From positions 62,001 through 126,000 of the forward strand of contig MU006000.1 of the NCBI GenBank assembly GCA_010093745.1: a stretch of DNA of 64,000 bases. The letters are read 5' to 3'. A program made the translations under genes and the position numbers. Position 1 is the stretch's first letter. The number at the start of each line of letters is the position of its first letter. This DNA is from Piedraia hortae CBS 480.64 (Eukaryota). Of the stretch, positions 43,769 to 55,194 are shown piece after piece. The notes under the pieces were generated by a model that had not been told where the DNA came from, searched no databases, and was given only the letters and a program-made list of their open reading frames with translations.

Positions 43769-46715
43769 TCAAGCCCCCGACCACTGTTTATATGCACCGA
43801 ACAACTCCTCCAGTGCGATCGCAGACTCCCATCCATACCACTGTCCTATGGTACTCCGGCCAGCAGGACGGTCGCCTCCACCCGCCAACCAGAAACAGAT
43901 GGGCGCCAACAGAAGCAGCAATCCAGCCACAATCAGTCCCTGGACACGTCGGCTGGGCCTGCAGTCTCTCAATGACTAATATTAAGTCTGAAGTCCTCAG
44001 CTCGGAATTTCTGAGCTCGGGGGTCCCTGGATCCGAGGCACCTAACCCGCCCTCTATCCGAGGCCTACCCTCCGTCACAACGACCTCAAGTCTCGGCCGC
44101 GCTGCCTGAAAACACTTCTTCAAATGCGCACGCACCTCCTCCAGGCCCTTAACGGTACGCACCACCCGCTCCTGATACAGACTTCGCAACTTCTGAAGCT
44201 TAGCCTCGCTCTTGGCCCACATAGAGTTGGGCTTTTTTCGTCGTCGAGGCAAGTTCCTTCTGCAGTTCTTCGAGCTGCTTGTTCGCATGCTCAAACTTCT
44301 GTTCTTTGAGCCGAATGCTCGTCCGTTTGTTGTTTCTGTAATTGTCGGGCTCCATTTCAGTCCTCCGCTGTTTCCTACCCTGGGCCTTGAGTTCTTTGGT
44401 CAGGATTTTGACTCTTTGTTCCAGGTCAGTGCAGTTATGGACAGACCGGTCTAGCTGCGCGTGGAGCTGTCCTTCCCTCTGGCTCTGCTGTGCTTCAAGC
44501 TGCTCATCCCGCCTGCTCCGTTGCGCTGTGCTCACGGCAGCAAGCTCCGCTTCGCGCTCTTCAAGCCGGGTATATAACTCTTCAGCTTCTTGTTCGGTGA
44601 GTTTGGACTTGGCCTTTTCGGTGGCCAGCTCCTTGCTCTGCAGCTGTAGTTGCGACTCAAGACTCGACTTCTTGGGCATCTTCGTCCCAAGCTGCAGATT
44701 AGCCGCGTCTAGGTCTTCCTCGAGCTGTCGGGTTCTTCTTCTCGGGTCTTTGCTCGTCTGCTCACTTGTCGCTTTTGTGCTTGATGAATCTGCCTGTCCT
44801 GCGTTCTGCTCAGGGTCTTCAATCTTTGTCATGTAATGTTCAATCGCATGCTCAAGAGCGAAAATTTTTGTTGTCGGAAGTTTGTTGTGCCTCGGTGTCA
44901 TGAAAATGAAGTCGTTGGCTTTATATAAGCTTTTCTTAGTCGTTTTGATCTCTTCTTCGGGCTCTTGGACTTTTTGCTCGCTTGTTGAGAGCTTGAACTG
45001 CAAGCCTTCTGTGTTGGAAAGATTTGTTTTCTTAGCCGTGTCCAGCTTCTGCTCAAGCTCCTGGATCTGTTTCTTGAGATTTTTAGTCATCCGCTCGCTT
45101 GCTGAGAGCTTTGACTGCAATTGTTTTGTGCTGGAAGGATCTGTCAGTGATTTCTCAGTTGCGTTCCGATTTTGCTTAAGCTCTTGAACCGTTGTCTTGA
45201 AATTTTCAGTCGTTTGCTGGTTAGCTGAAAGTTGTGATTTTAGATCCTGTACCTTGGTAGGTTCGCTTTGCAACTTGAGATTAGCCGCTTTCAGCTTCTG
45301 CTCATGCTGTTGTACTCGTGCGTTGAGCTTTACAGTTGTCTGTCCACTTGTCGAACGTTGTGATCCTAAATCTTTTATGTTGGTAGAACCGCTTTGCAAC
45401 TTGGAGTTGGACTCTTCCAGTTTCTGCTCAAGCTGTTGCTTCTGTGCTGCGAGATCTAAAATCTTCTGCTCACTTGTTGAAAGCTGTGACTTTAGAACTT
45501 TTGTATTTGTAGCCGCCTCTAGCTTCTACTCAAGCACTTGGATTTGTGTCTTCTGACTGAGAGACAGTTCCTCGCTGGCTGCAAGTTTCCGTTTTTCCTC
45601 TCGCAGTTCAATTCGCAGTGCATGGCTCTGCACTTGGTCATTTGTTTGTGAGACCTTAGCAACCGTGGAACCACACTTTACAAATTGTTGGCGAAGATCT
45701 TGAACTTCTTGATCTGTTTGTTCGCCTCCTGAATTCTGGCGGAGCCTCTCCTCATGAGTTTTGATCGTTTGCTGTGCCACTCGCATTATTTCATTGGCTT
45801 TTTTTAGTTGCTTCTCCAGCCGCCTTGTCCTTTTAAAATGATCTCGCAAACGATTGTTTTCTTGCCGTGTTCCATCCATCTGTGCACGCAGTTGCTCGAG
45901 CTCAGTCTGCTTAGTCTGAGAGGCCTCCTGCCATTGCTGCTTTTATCAAAGACAGTGGTGGCTGCATTCAACTTGTTTTTCAATTCCTCATTCTGTTGAC
46001 AAAGGTTGTTGAACGTAATACAGGCATCTTGCATGACTTTTTCAAGCTTTGTCTCCAACTGGCTATTCGCCTGAATCACCCCATTCATTGTTGCACGGTC
46101 TTTCCCCTGCTCTTGACGCAAGCTACTGAGCTCCGCCACAGCATCCTCCTTGTCCTGGTATAGGTCTTACAATTGCTTTTCATCGACTCCACTGGTATCG
46201 GTGGCTGTGGTAGCGGCAATCAACCGTTGATTTATTGTTTCGTTCTCGCGGCGAAGACTATCGACTACTCTCTGAGCTTCATTTCTGATCTTATCGAGCT
46301 CTTGTTGCAACTGCGTCGCGGTTTCTTGCGCGTGCAACTTTTCTGCCTGCAGCTGATCGACTGTCTTAGTAGCTTCCTGCTTGACTCTGTTCAGTTCCCG
46401 CTGAAACCGGTCTTCTCGACCTTTCACAAGGTTACTCGCACTTTTCTGTTTTCTTAATAGGTTATATGCTCCGCGCAGATGGGTTAGCTCTATCACGGCC
46501 TCCTGATACGCTGTACCGTTGCTCTCTTGATACTTAGCTTCAATTTCACGAGCAAACTTTTCAGTCGATTCCAATTGGAGCTTCAAGATCTTCTCCTCCT
46601 CATGAGCCGAGTCATTGACTTGCCTGACTTCATCACCCCACTGAGAAAGCATCTCCATATTGGTCTTCTTGGCTTGTTTTGGGGTGTGCCCAGAAGAACG
46701 TTGTTTGCCATCCAA
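43769..46715 (-). pseudogene. Disrupted long coiled-coil gene with ~42-aa repeats and a C-terminal TM segment
   Basis: Consecutive ORFs join through in-frame stops (TAA 46167-46169, TAG 45526-45528) and frameshifts near 45945, 44230 and 43970. Ends in GLIVAGLLLLLAPICFWL. Confidence 0.65.
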
Positions 46716-47567
46716 TTGTGATGGACGATCTTATCCCACTCGCCGAGCATGTTGCACATGGGGTCTTGGAATCTAATAGTCCCAAATATCAGTAGCACCC
46801 CTGCTCGTGTTATGGATTCCATAAGATGCCAAAGAAATGGCTCTGGAGCCCAGCCTGATTTCGATGAACCGTCCTTGTTGTGTTTTACCGTAAAGAATCC
46901 TCGTCAATGTTGTTGATAGCTGTTGCCGCTATGAAAAATCACATCTTCCACGTCACCGAATGGGCAGAATTCCAAACAGAGGCGAATCATCTTTTCCCTC
47001 TTACTTCGCTCGGGGATCCACTGTATATTGGTTTGAGACCAGTTGCGTGAAGCACGATCGATCCTCCAATTCCGGAGCCTGAGAATATTTTCTGCGCCCA
47101 CCCGGTTGCGTACACGGTAGGGAATCATGACTGCGACCGGGATTTTTTTGTTTCCCACTTCCTCACTGTTCTTGTTCGGAGGGGTCGTCCAAGCAGTCGT
47201 CTGCTCAGCCAGGTAAGCGGTTTTGACCGCCATTCGGTCGCAACACAACTGCACCGAATCCTCCTTCTCCGATGCCCCAGCCTCCCATCCAGGTGTCGGG
47301 CATATGAAACCCTTTCCTAGCCTCCAGCTGTCTATAACGCCTCTCGTCGTCAGCCTCTTCGAGTCTAAATTCCAGACGATCGAGCTCAAGCTGTAGTGAG
47401 GGTATAACTTTCTGCACCATGCTTGCATTTATCTCGTTGTGAAGCTGTATCAGAGCCTTCAATGCTGATTTGGTCTTCCTCAACCCTGTGTCCCATCTTG
47501 CGTGCTTCAACCTATCCGCTGGTTCAATGGCATTGCAGATCCTTTGGAACTCCGTGTCACAAAGCAT
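46680..47567 (-). pseudogene. Protein kinase remnant (subdomains I-VIb)
   Basis: IGEGGFGAV (G-loop), MAVK, RLCLEFCPFGDV (hinge), APEPFLWHL and a decayed catalytic loop IVHHNWMANNVLL, spread over frames with a stop. Confidence 0.7.
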
Positions 47568-48141
47568 GTATTGCGTACACAGACTTTACATCTGCAACAC
47601 GAACTCCTCATGACCATCAAGCCCTTGCTCAATCCATAATTGTTCCAATTGCTTCTTATCATAGCGAATGTGGTCCTTGAGTTTGTTCTTCAGATACAAA
47701 ATGAACATCACCCAAGCAATCACCTGCGGACTTGGCCATGTCGAGTTGCTAGGAAAGTCAGGTCACGAGTGAATGTTGAAAGTGCTCAGACGTTGGCTAG
47801 TTACGGAAGGAGTTGCCTGGAGGCTCATCAAAGCGGCTTTGTTGGAATTGAAAGAAACAATGACAAAGACCTTGTGTGCAAGTGCAATGTGAACATCATG
47901 GGATAGGTTCGATTGCGAATGGAATAGGTCTTAATTCCCATTTGCTGTTGTAGTGTAGATGACAGTTGTTTGAGGCATTGGACTCTCCACTCTGTTCAAT
48001 TGTTGAATTGAATGCTGGACAAAGGAAGGAGTTTTCTTCCGGACCCGGCAAAATAAAGCACGCCACACAAGCAGTTGCAGTTCTCTCATATACATCTATC
48101 ATATATTTGAGGGAAGTTCTGCAGCACGTATTGCCAGGCCG

Positions 48142-49006
48142 TCAGCTTAGGCTGATCAAAGCCTCTAACATCTTCTCTCTCGTCTCATTCAATAGCTTAT
48201 TTACATCGTCCTTGGTTAGACCTTTCGTCTGTATGGGCTCCAACACCTTTGTCTCTACCTTGCCGGGTTTGAAAGTTTTCTTCTTCGTATTAAAAAGGTG
48301 AGAGTAGTTAGCCGCAACAACAGGAACTATGGGCACCTGAGCTTGAACAGCCAAGTGAAAGGCTCCCTTCTTGAAAGGGAGAAGGGTGGGGGAAGGAGAA
48401 TAGCTCCTCGTGCCCTCGGGGAAAAGGAAGACGGACTGCTTGTTGGTATGCATCTGCTCAGCAGCACCAGCGAAAGCCGCAAGAGCTTTTGTGTGAGATT
48501 TTCGTTGAATAAAAACTGCTTTTGAAAGCAACACTGCCACCATTAGAGAACTTGGGTCAGCATGACATGGTCAACTTACTAAACCAGCCCAGGAAGGGAA
48601 CGTATTTCAAACTAGACTTTGCCATCATGCTGCAGTGCTTCGGGAAAGTGTAGCCAAGCAGCAAAACATCTAATTCGCTTTGATGGTTTGCAACGAAAAC
48701 GGCCGGACGGATAGAGTGGTAGTTGCCCGGGTCCGAGACAACAAATTCTATGCCAGTGACATACCACATGGTCCATTTGAAGGCGCGGGCACCCGCCCAT
48801 TGACCCAACGCCCGCTGGCCAGAGAATGAAAGACAGATACTGGCAATGATGCCAATAACAGCCGAGGCTGTGAGGGCAAAGGCGCTGGCCAGCATGCGCC
48901 CGTAATACTCCAGCGCCGGGAGGGACAGAGCCTTGCCGCTCCAAATTAGCATCGTCACTGTGATGGCCAGAAGTGCAATGGCGATGGGAGCCCAATACCA
49001 GTCCAT
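48142..49006 (-). CDS. SLC1: 1-acyl-sn-glycerol-3-phosphate acyltransferase
   Basis: NHQSELD, AKSSLKYVPFLGWF|M, FPEGTRS, PFKKGAFHLAVQAQVPIVPVV. Intron 48534-48579. Confidence 0.93.
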
Positions 49007-49098
49007 TGCTAGGGCTGACAGCTACAGAATTCTACAATTATACATGTGGTGTACGCATGATTCAGGCCATTCGACAACGGCCGTAATGTGACGGATGA

Positions 49099-50180
49099 CT
49101 AAGCAGACGTCGGGATCTTCACATGTCCCCGCTTCCGGTCTTCGTGAGGGAATCCGTAGCGGTGGCCGGCTCCAGTCACGTTCTCGAACACAAAATCCCA
49201 CCTCCGTCCCTGGACCACGCGGATCCTTGCTGCGGCGTCCTCACGCCGTTTCCGCTCCTGAGCTGCGGCTTCGGCGGCTTCGGCAGCATCCGCCTGCCGT
49301 TGCAGTAGCTCCCGCTCTTCACGTGTCTTTCCTTGGTCCGTCCACCGTTGGTTCTGAACCAGTTGTGGAATTGGGATGCGTTTCTCTGCGGGAAGCAAAT
49401 CTTCCGAAAAGGCCTTGGCGGCATCCTCACGCGTGAACTGACGAGACTCTGATGTGGGATAGAAGATTTGCCGATTGGTGGCGCGGTGGACGGGAAGATC
49501 GTTGACGGATTCGTGGGGGGTTTGGGATTTGGAATAAGTTTGCGGCAGCATTGCAAGTACAGCCTCGGCGTAAGCTGTTGCAAGTGGTTTGTTCTGCCAA
49601 TATCGTCAGCAAGACCTCGTCAGTTTAAGCATTGGCGTAGAACGTTATGTCAGCCAAAATTGTGCAAATTGTAACCATGTTGGCGTCTTAAAGACTAATC
49701 GTTTATCGCTCATCACGGGAAATGTTGGGAAAAAGTCTAACTCACCTGAGCTTCCCACTGCTTCTCTACAGCCTTTAACCGCGCAACAGCAGCCACTCGA
49801 CGAGTATCGATGCTAAAACCAGCGGCGAGACTGACAATGTCGTGCTTGTGGTTTACCACAAGGTCGTATATCAACTCGCGGAACTCCTCGGACAGGACGG
49901 GCTCAGAACGAAAGTAAGGATTTTGCGGGTAGGGTCGGAGATCGCTACGTCGTTCTGCCGGTAGTTTGCCATCCTCTGCTTGCTGTTTTGTTCGGATAAG
50001 TTTGCCCGACTTATCGTAAGCTCCCAGGTAGTTTGTCGAGCCCGGCAGTGGATCGCGAAATGCTTTTCCGGGCCCCTTCAACCAAGTGCGCATCTCATTG
50101 CGGAGTCGACCCCGACTGGCTGGTGATGAGTGAAAGGAGCGTGTGCATGGCGATAATCGAGGGCTAGGTCTCAGAGGCAT
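49099..50180 (-). CDS. MRPS35: Mitochondrial small-subunit ribosomal protein mS45 (Mrps35/Bot1 family), 2 exons
   Basis: Presequence with RSFHSS, PLPGSTNYLGAYD, PYPQNPYFRSEPVLSEE, RVAAVARLK, PTSESRQFTREDAA, GHRYGFPHEDRKRG. Intron 49594-49745 (152 nt). Confidence 0.85.
49615..49720 (-). ncRNA. Intronic box C/D snoRNA with a guide for LSU rRNA
   Basis: Box C GUGAUGA (49716-49710), box D CUGA (49623-49620), short terminal stem, and 12-nt CGAUUAGUCUUU (49701-49690) complementary to conserved LSU rRNA AAAGACUAAUCG. Confidence 0.8.
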
Positions 50181-50592
50181 GTGGTCTTTCGGGATCTTTT
50201 GGGCGTCGCGGTCACTTTCCAAATGCGGTTGCGTGGACGGCGCGGCACGAGCCGAAATCATGTGCAGCATCACGTGCGTTGCTCTACATTCGATCACGCC
50301 TCGGCCCGGTCCAGCCACTCCGGGCATCTGCCCCGCATGCGGGCAACAATGCGATCTTCTTTGACTCTTTCACCTCTCCACAGGCTTTTTACGCTCTCGG
50401 TTTATCAACTACAACTTCACAATTCACTCTCGCTGTCCATCGTACGATTTAGCTTCATCACCTGTCTCTTCTGATTTAGCATCGGCGCGGCGAACGTCGT
50501 CCTGACAGGTACACATCGCGCCCCACCGGGCAGGCGCGTCGCGTCGCATCGTCGCGTTGAACTGTCGCATCCCGTCGCATTGAGACCCAGCC

Positions 50593-51753
50593 ATGGGCGA
50601 CGCTCCTTACCGCCCTCAGCAGCATGCGCCTTTCGCGTTGCCTTCGTCGCGACAGCCAGAGTCCACTTCCATCATCATACGCCACCTCCCGAGCACGACG
50701 AACCAGGAAAGCTTGCGCAGCCTGCTCATCTTCTCGGCCGACCTGCTCAACACTGACTTCACCACATCGCCGTATGCAGAAGACAGTGGGTTTTCCACGG
50801 CCACGGCCCAATTCGCGTCGCGCGGCGGCGCGCTCGAGGCGATAGAGAAGCTCAACGGCAAGCCAAACTCGACGCAAGAGGCCACTCTGCTGGTCGAGCT
50901 TTACGGCAATGACGTCCCACCGACGTCTGCGACCAGCTCCGGCTCGAACTCAGCTTCGCCACCGCTGCCGACAACATCTGGCCCGCCGTTCCCGCTTATG
51001 ACAGGCAACGGTCACGTGCGGGTATCGGGTAAGTCGACCATCAACGATGTGTCTGATGATGAGACGGGCGATATTCTGAAAGATCCGCGGGCGTATGCCG
51101 AGGCGGGGTCGCGGCGGCCAACTGCTCCGGCACAATTGCCCATCTCGCAGTTTGGACGGCTGTCGTTGAGCCCCGGCGAGGCGCGACCAGTGCCCATCTA
51201 TCCCTGGACGCGTCCCTCGTATCCTCCAGTCAATCCGGCGGACCAGAATCCGCCGTGCAATACCCTGTACGTCGGCAATCTGCCTCTGGACACGTGCGAG
51301 GACGAGCTCAAGGCCATCTTCTCCAAGCAGCGCGGCTATAAGAGGCTTTGTTTCCGCACCAAGCAGAACGGGCCCATGTGCTTTGTCGAGTTTGAAGACG
51401 TTTATTATGCGACGCGAGCCTTAGCTGAGCTTTACGGTTACCCGCTGCACAATAGCGCCAAAGGCGGCATCCGGCTCAGCTTCTCCAAGAACCCGCTCGG
51501 AGTCCGCTCAACGTCGCCGCCGGGGGCTGCCAATGCGGCCATGACGCCGCACCTTCTCAACCCGAACTACGGGGCGGCTGGAGGGGGCCCTAAGGGTATG
51601 TTCTCGGCCGTCAGCGGGCCACCACCGGGCCTGGGCATCACAACGGCCGGGATGCGACGGGTGACAACGGGAACTACGGGAGCGGACTTGTATCCGTCGC
51701 CAAGATCTTATTATTATCCGGGAATCTACACCGACTACCACATGGGACGATGA
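50593..51753 (+). CDS. WHI3: Whi3/Scw1-family RRM RNA-binding protein
   Basis: [18 protein letters not shown]...[22 protein letters not shown]...[16 protein letters not shown]. Confidence 0.88.
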   Translation: MGDAPYRPQQHAPFALPSSRQPESTSIIIRHLPSTTNQESLRSLLIFSADLLNTDFTTSPYAEDSGFSTATAQFASRGGALEAIEKLNGKPNSTQEATLLVELYGNDVPPTSATSSGSNSASPPLPTTSGPPFPLMTGNGHVRVSGKSTINDVSDDETGDILKDPRAYAEAGSRRPTAPAQLPISQFGRLSLSPGEARPVPIYPWTRPSYPPVNPADQNPPCNTLYVGNLPLDTCEDELKAIFSKQRGYKRLCFRTKQNGPMCFVEFEDVYYATRALAELYGYPLHNSAKGGIRLSFSKNPLGVRSTSPPGAANAAMTPHLLNPNYGAAGGGPKGMFSAVSGPPPGLGITTAGMRRVTTGTTGADLYPSPRSYYYPGIYTDYHMGR

Positions 51754-51856
51754 GCAGAAAAGTTTGTAATTTAGCAGTGTAGCACGCCATATGACGACGA
51801 ATGAATCACGCTTAATCGTTACCTGTTGGCTGCATCATTGCATCATCGTTGCATCG

Positions 51857-52928
51857 TCATCTGTAGGTCCACAGCCCATACGGGCCTCGGGTGAACTTCC
51901 ACAACTTCACCGTGCCGTCTTCGCTACCGGTTCCGTAAAGCTTACCGTCGGGGCTAAAGGCTACAGTCCATATAGGACCGTGGTGGCCACGACCCATCTC
52001 GACCTCTTGGCCCGAGTCAAAGTCCCAGATGCGAACCCAGGTGTCTCCAGGGCTGCCCGTCACAACGCGTCGAGCTGACCCATTCAAGGCTGCACTGGCA
52101 ACTTCGCCGGCGGTTTCGATCTTCTTTGTCAGCGTTCCCGGACGTCCGCCATCAAAGAAGTAGATGCTCTTTCCAGCCGCAACCGTGATGATCTCCCCAT
52201 CTTTTTGTTCGTCTAGCCCGCCATTGAGCTCGCAAGAGCCCGGGTTGGCATCGAGGTCGTGCGAGGCGATGCAGGACTGCTGCCGCAAGTCCCACCACCG
52301 CATCCTTTTGTCGTCGGCAGCAGTGACCACAACATTGGCATCGCGTGTCCACACCAAGCCTTTGATAGCACCCCCGTGCTGGCCGGCACCAACCTCGTAG
52401 CTCTGAGATTCCTTCTCACCTGCCTTCGCGAGGTCCCATATACGCAGCTTCTTTTCCATCCCGCCCGTGGCTACCGTGTCCGGCTGCGCTTTTGGCGGAA
52501 AAGCTACGACGCGCACGATGTGGTTGTGCTCCAGACTCGCCAGTGCCGCTCCCGAGTGCGTGTCCCAGACTTTGGCAGTGAAATCGGCAGAGCCTGTTGC
52601 TGCCATGGCAGCATCTAGGGATAGTCTCGCGTTCCAAACTGCCCCTTTGTGACCAATGAAGGTGCCTATCCAATCACCAGTGATGCCATCACGCAGCATG
52701 GGGTAATTGTCTTTGCATGCTGATAGAAGGTAGTATTGCTCCTGCTGTCCTGGGGTCGAGATGCCGTCGGAGAAGGACAGATGGGTGATTGGACGAGAGT
52801 GGCCAACACAGGTGAGTGGCACTACCTTTGTCGCCTCTACCGCTTGTTAGCCGTGCCATGAAGCGGGAAAACAACCCACCAGACGCTACAGTGGTCTCAT
52901 CTTGCCGTGTGAAGGCAAAATCGGCCAT
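51857..52928 (-). CDS. WD40 protein, STRAP/unrip homologue
   Basis: KVVPLTCVGHSRPITHLSF, SACKD..PMLRDG.TGDWIGTFIGHKGAVW, GHHGPIW...GSEDGTVKLW. Intron 52837-52879 joins the ATG at 52928. Confidence 0.88.
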
Positions 52929-53168
52929 GACTTGTTTGGCAATGGAACCCGTCTCACGCCATCTTGAGTTGGTGGAGACAAAGACACGTGAAGTGCTTGG
53001 GGCATGGTGGGGCAAACGGGATCGGGCCGCAGCTTAGCGGGCCGCAGTGATTGGGATTGGGGCATCCGACGATGCTGATTGGCTCGCACGTGTCTCTCAG
53101 GAGACCCTTGCAACTGCGGCTTGTTTGACAACACCGACTCCGCCCAATGCGCCGGTCCCCTTCCTAAC

Positions 53169-54707
53169 ATGTCACCGCCACCTGTGACCGAAGACCTGGA
53201 TTACTACAAGCGGCAGTATGAGCAGCTGGAGGCTGACCTCGCAGAATTTCAGGCGTCCAGCAAGGAACTTGAAGAGCAACTGGAACGCGACGTCGAGGCG
53301 GCGGAGAAGAAGGAGCGGCGGCTAAAGCAGCAGGTGGAGACGTTGACGTTTGAGGTGGAGGAATGGAAGGGAAAATACCAGAAGAGCAAGGCCGAGGCAA
53401 ACCAAGCGCTGAATGCGCTGCAGAAGGAGGTGACGGAGTTGCGCGAAGCCAGAAGAGCCGTCGAAATGAGGCTGCGGGACACCGAGGTGGCCAACGATGA
53501 CTACGAGCGCCAGGCACGACATACCGAGAGCAGCTTGGAGGACCTCGAGAGCAAGTGCAACGTCGCTATCGAGCGCAGCGTCCTGCTGGACGGTGAGCTG
53601 AAACTGAGCGAAAGAGACCGAGAAGCGCTGCGGATCGACAACCAGCGGCTTCGGGATGAGCTGGGAGACCTCCGCGTCGAGAACGACATCACGCTGGACA
53701 AATTGCGACTGGCAAACCGGACCGTGGAACGGTTACGATCGCGCAATATCACCCAGCTGAGCGTGAACCTGCGTCCGCGGAGCCCGGCCAGCGAGATGAG
53801 CGGCTTAACGTCGCCAACGGCTTCAACACCGCCGCCCAAGTCAGACTCCATGTCCGAGGCGCCGACGCCACCGTCTCCACCGCTCTCAGACGTTGCGCCG
53901 GCTGCTGCAAAGACACCGTCGCAGCCACGTCCCGCTACTCTGACGCGCTCAGTAGTCCAGACCACGCCTCGTCCCGCAGCCTTCCATGGCCAGCGAGTAA
54001 CGCGACGCCCTCCGAATCCCTCGGCATCGCACTGCTCAACGTTTTCAGGCCCCAGCGTAGCCGAAGATGGGCTGCCGCGCTCTGACTCGCTCTACCAGAT
54101 CAAGCAGCTCCGCGGCCGCATGCAGCGCATCGAGGAGCGGCTGCAATCTGCGCGCTCCAAATTGCCAGCGTCCCGTACCCCAGTCACTTCGCCGGTAGCG
54201 GTGTCCCGGGCCGACTCGATCGTGCCCTCTTCCGTTACGGTGCGGAGCAAACCGTCGCTTAGCAGCACAAAGTCATCTGTTACGGGCTCAATCTCAGACG
54301 AGCCTGGGGCAGCATTCCCCAGACGCATTGCAAGTGGCTTGCCTCGGCCGTTGTCGACAACAGACAGACCACCAGGCTTGGAGAGGCACCTGTCAGTCTT
54401 TAGCCGCACGCAAGGGCCGCTGTCACCAACCCCGACGTCACACGTTCGTCGTCCATCCAGTCGCGTGGAGTCGCGACCGCCGGATGACGGGGTCTCGGCA
54501 AGCGCAATGCCCGGGCGGCCAAAGAGCGGCCTGGCCGGCATGTACTCTACAGTCAATTATCCGCCGCGCGGCCACCGCCCCAGCAGCAGCATGTTTGAGC
54601 GGAACAGCGTAGCCATTGACCGAAACACGCCTTCTGCCGCCCAAGGGAAGATGGGCCCGCCACCGCGACGGAAGCCACCCGGAGGAGATGTGGGCGAGAC
54701 GTTCTGA
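53169..54707 (+). CDS. nudE: Nuclear distribution protein NudE/RO11 (dynein regulator)
   Basis: YYKRQYEQLEADLAEFQASSKELEEQLERD coiled coil, LRDTEVANDDYERQAR..ESSLEDLESK, SLYQIKQL..RMQRIEERL..ARSKLP. Confidence 0.92.
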   Translation: MSPPPVTEDLDYYKRQYEQLEADLAEFQASSKELEEQLERDVEAAEKKERRLKQQVETLTFEVEEWKGKYQKSKAEANQALNALQKEVTELREARRAVEMRLRDTEVANDDYERQARHTESSLEDLESKCNVAIERSVLLDGELKLSERDREALRIDNQRLRDELGDLRVENDITLDKLRLANRTVERLRSRNITQLSVNLRPRSPASEMSGLTSPTASTPPPKSDSMSEAPTPPSPPLSDVAPAAAKTPSQPRPATLTRSVVQTTPRPAAFHGQRVTRRPPNPSASHCSTFSGPSVAEDGLPRSDSLYQIKQLRGRMQRIEERLQSARSKLPASRTPVTSPVAVSRADSIVPSSVTVRSKPSLSSTKSSVTGSISDEPGAAFPRRIASGLPRPLSTTDRPPGLERHLSVFSRTQGPLSPTPTSHVRRPSSRVESRPPDDGVSASAMPGRPKSGLAGMYSTVNYPPRGHRPSSSMFERNSVAIDRNTPSAAQGKMGPPPRRKPPGGDVGETF

Positions 54708-55090
54708 TTGACGGGCTACTTAATCGATTGAGTGCAGATGGGGCTGTTGATTGATTAATGTGGACAGCCAACTAACGATTGGCGTAAACGATGATCCGTA
54801 ACCTTTTCCAAAAATATTTCGTCTGACCCTGGTTCGGTTGACAAGCGCATCCCTCTGTCAAGGCGGCCACGGCTGCAGGAAACTCGGAGATCGTCTGCTC
54901 CACATCCCGGGAATCCGCCACGCTCAAGGTTTAAGGCTCAACGGATTTCATAGTCCTTTATCTCCCCAAACCTAAACACGGTCAGCTTGTAGCCTTTTTC
55001 CCCCATCGTCATCCAGTTGAGATCCCCCGAGTCCCCCCGCCCTCCCGCACTCCCACTCAACTCCCACCACCACCTCACCACTACCCCACT

Positions 55091-55150
55091 ATCACCATCA
55101 CAATCACAATCACCATCGCCATCGCCATCGCCATCGCCATCACCATCACC
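55091..55150. repeat. Hexamer repeat (ATCACC/ATCACA/ATCGCC) x10 upstream of ACC1
   Basis: Read directly from the sequence; ends 45 bp before the ATG. Confidence 0.85.
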
Positions 55151-55194
55151 ACTGATTCCCCATCCCCCCCCTCATACAGTCTCCGCCCTCCAAC

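Noticed and set aside
45526..46169. In-frame stops as A-to-I editing or readthrough sites
   Set aside because: Repeat context indicates Gln rather than Trp at the TAG, the other stop is TAA, and frameshifts co-occur. Decay is the simpler explanation.
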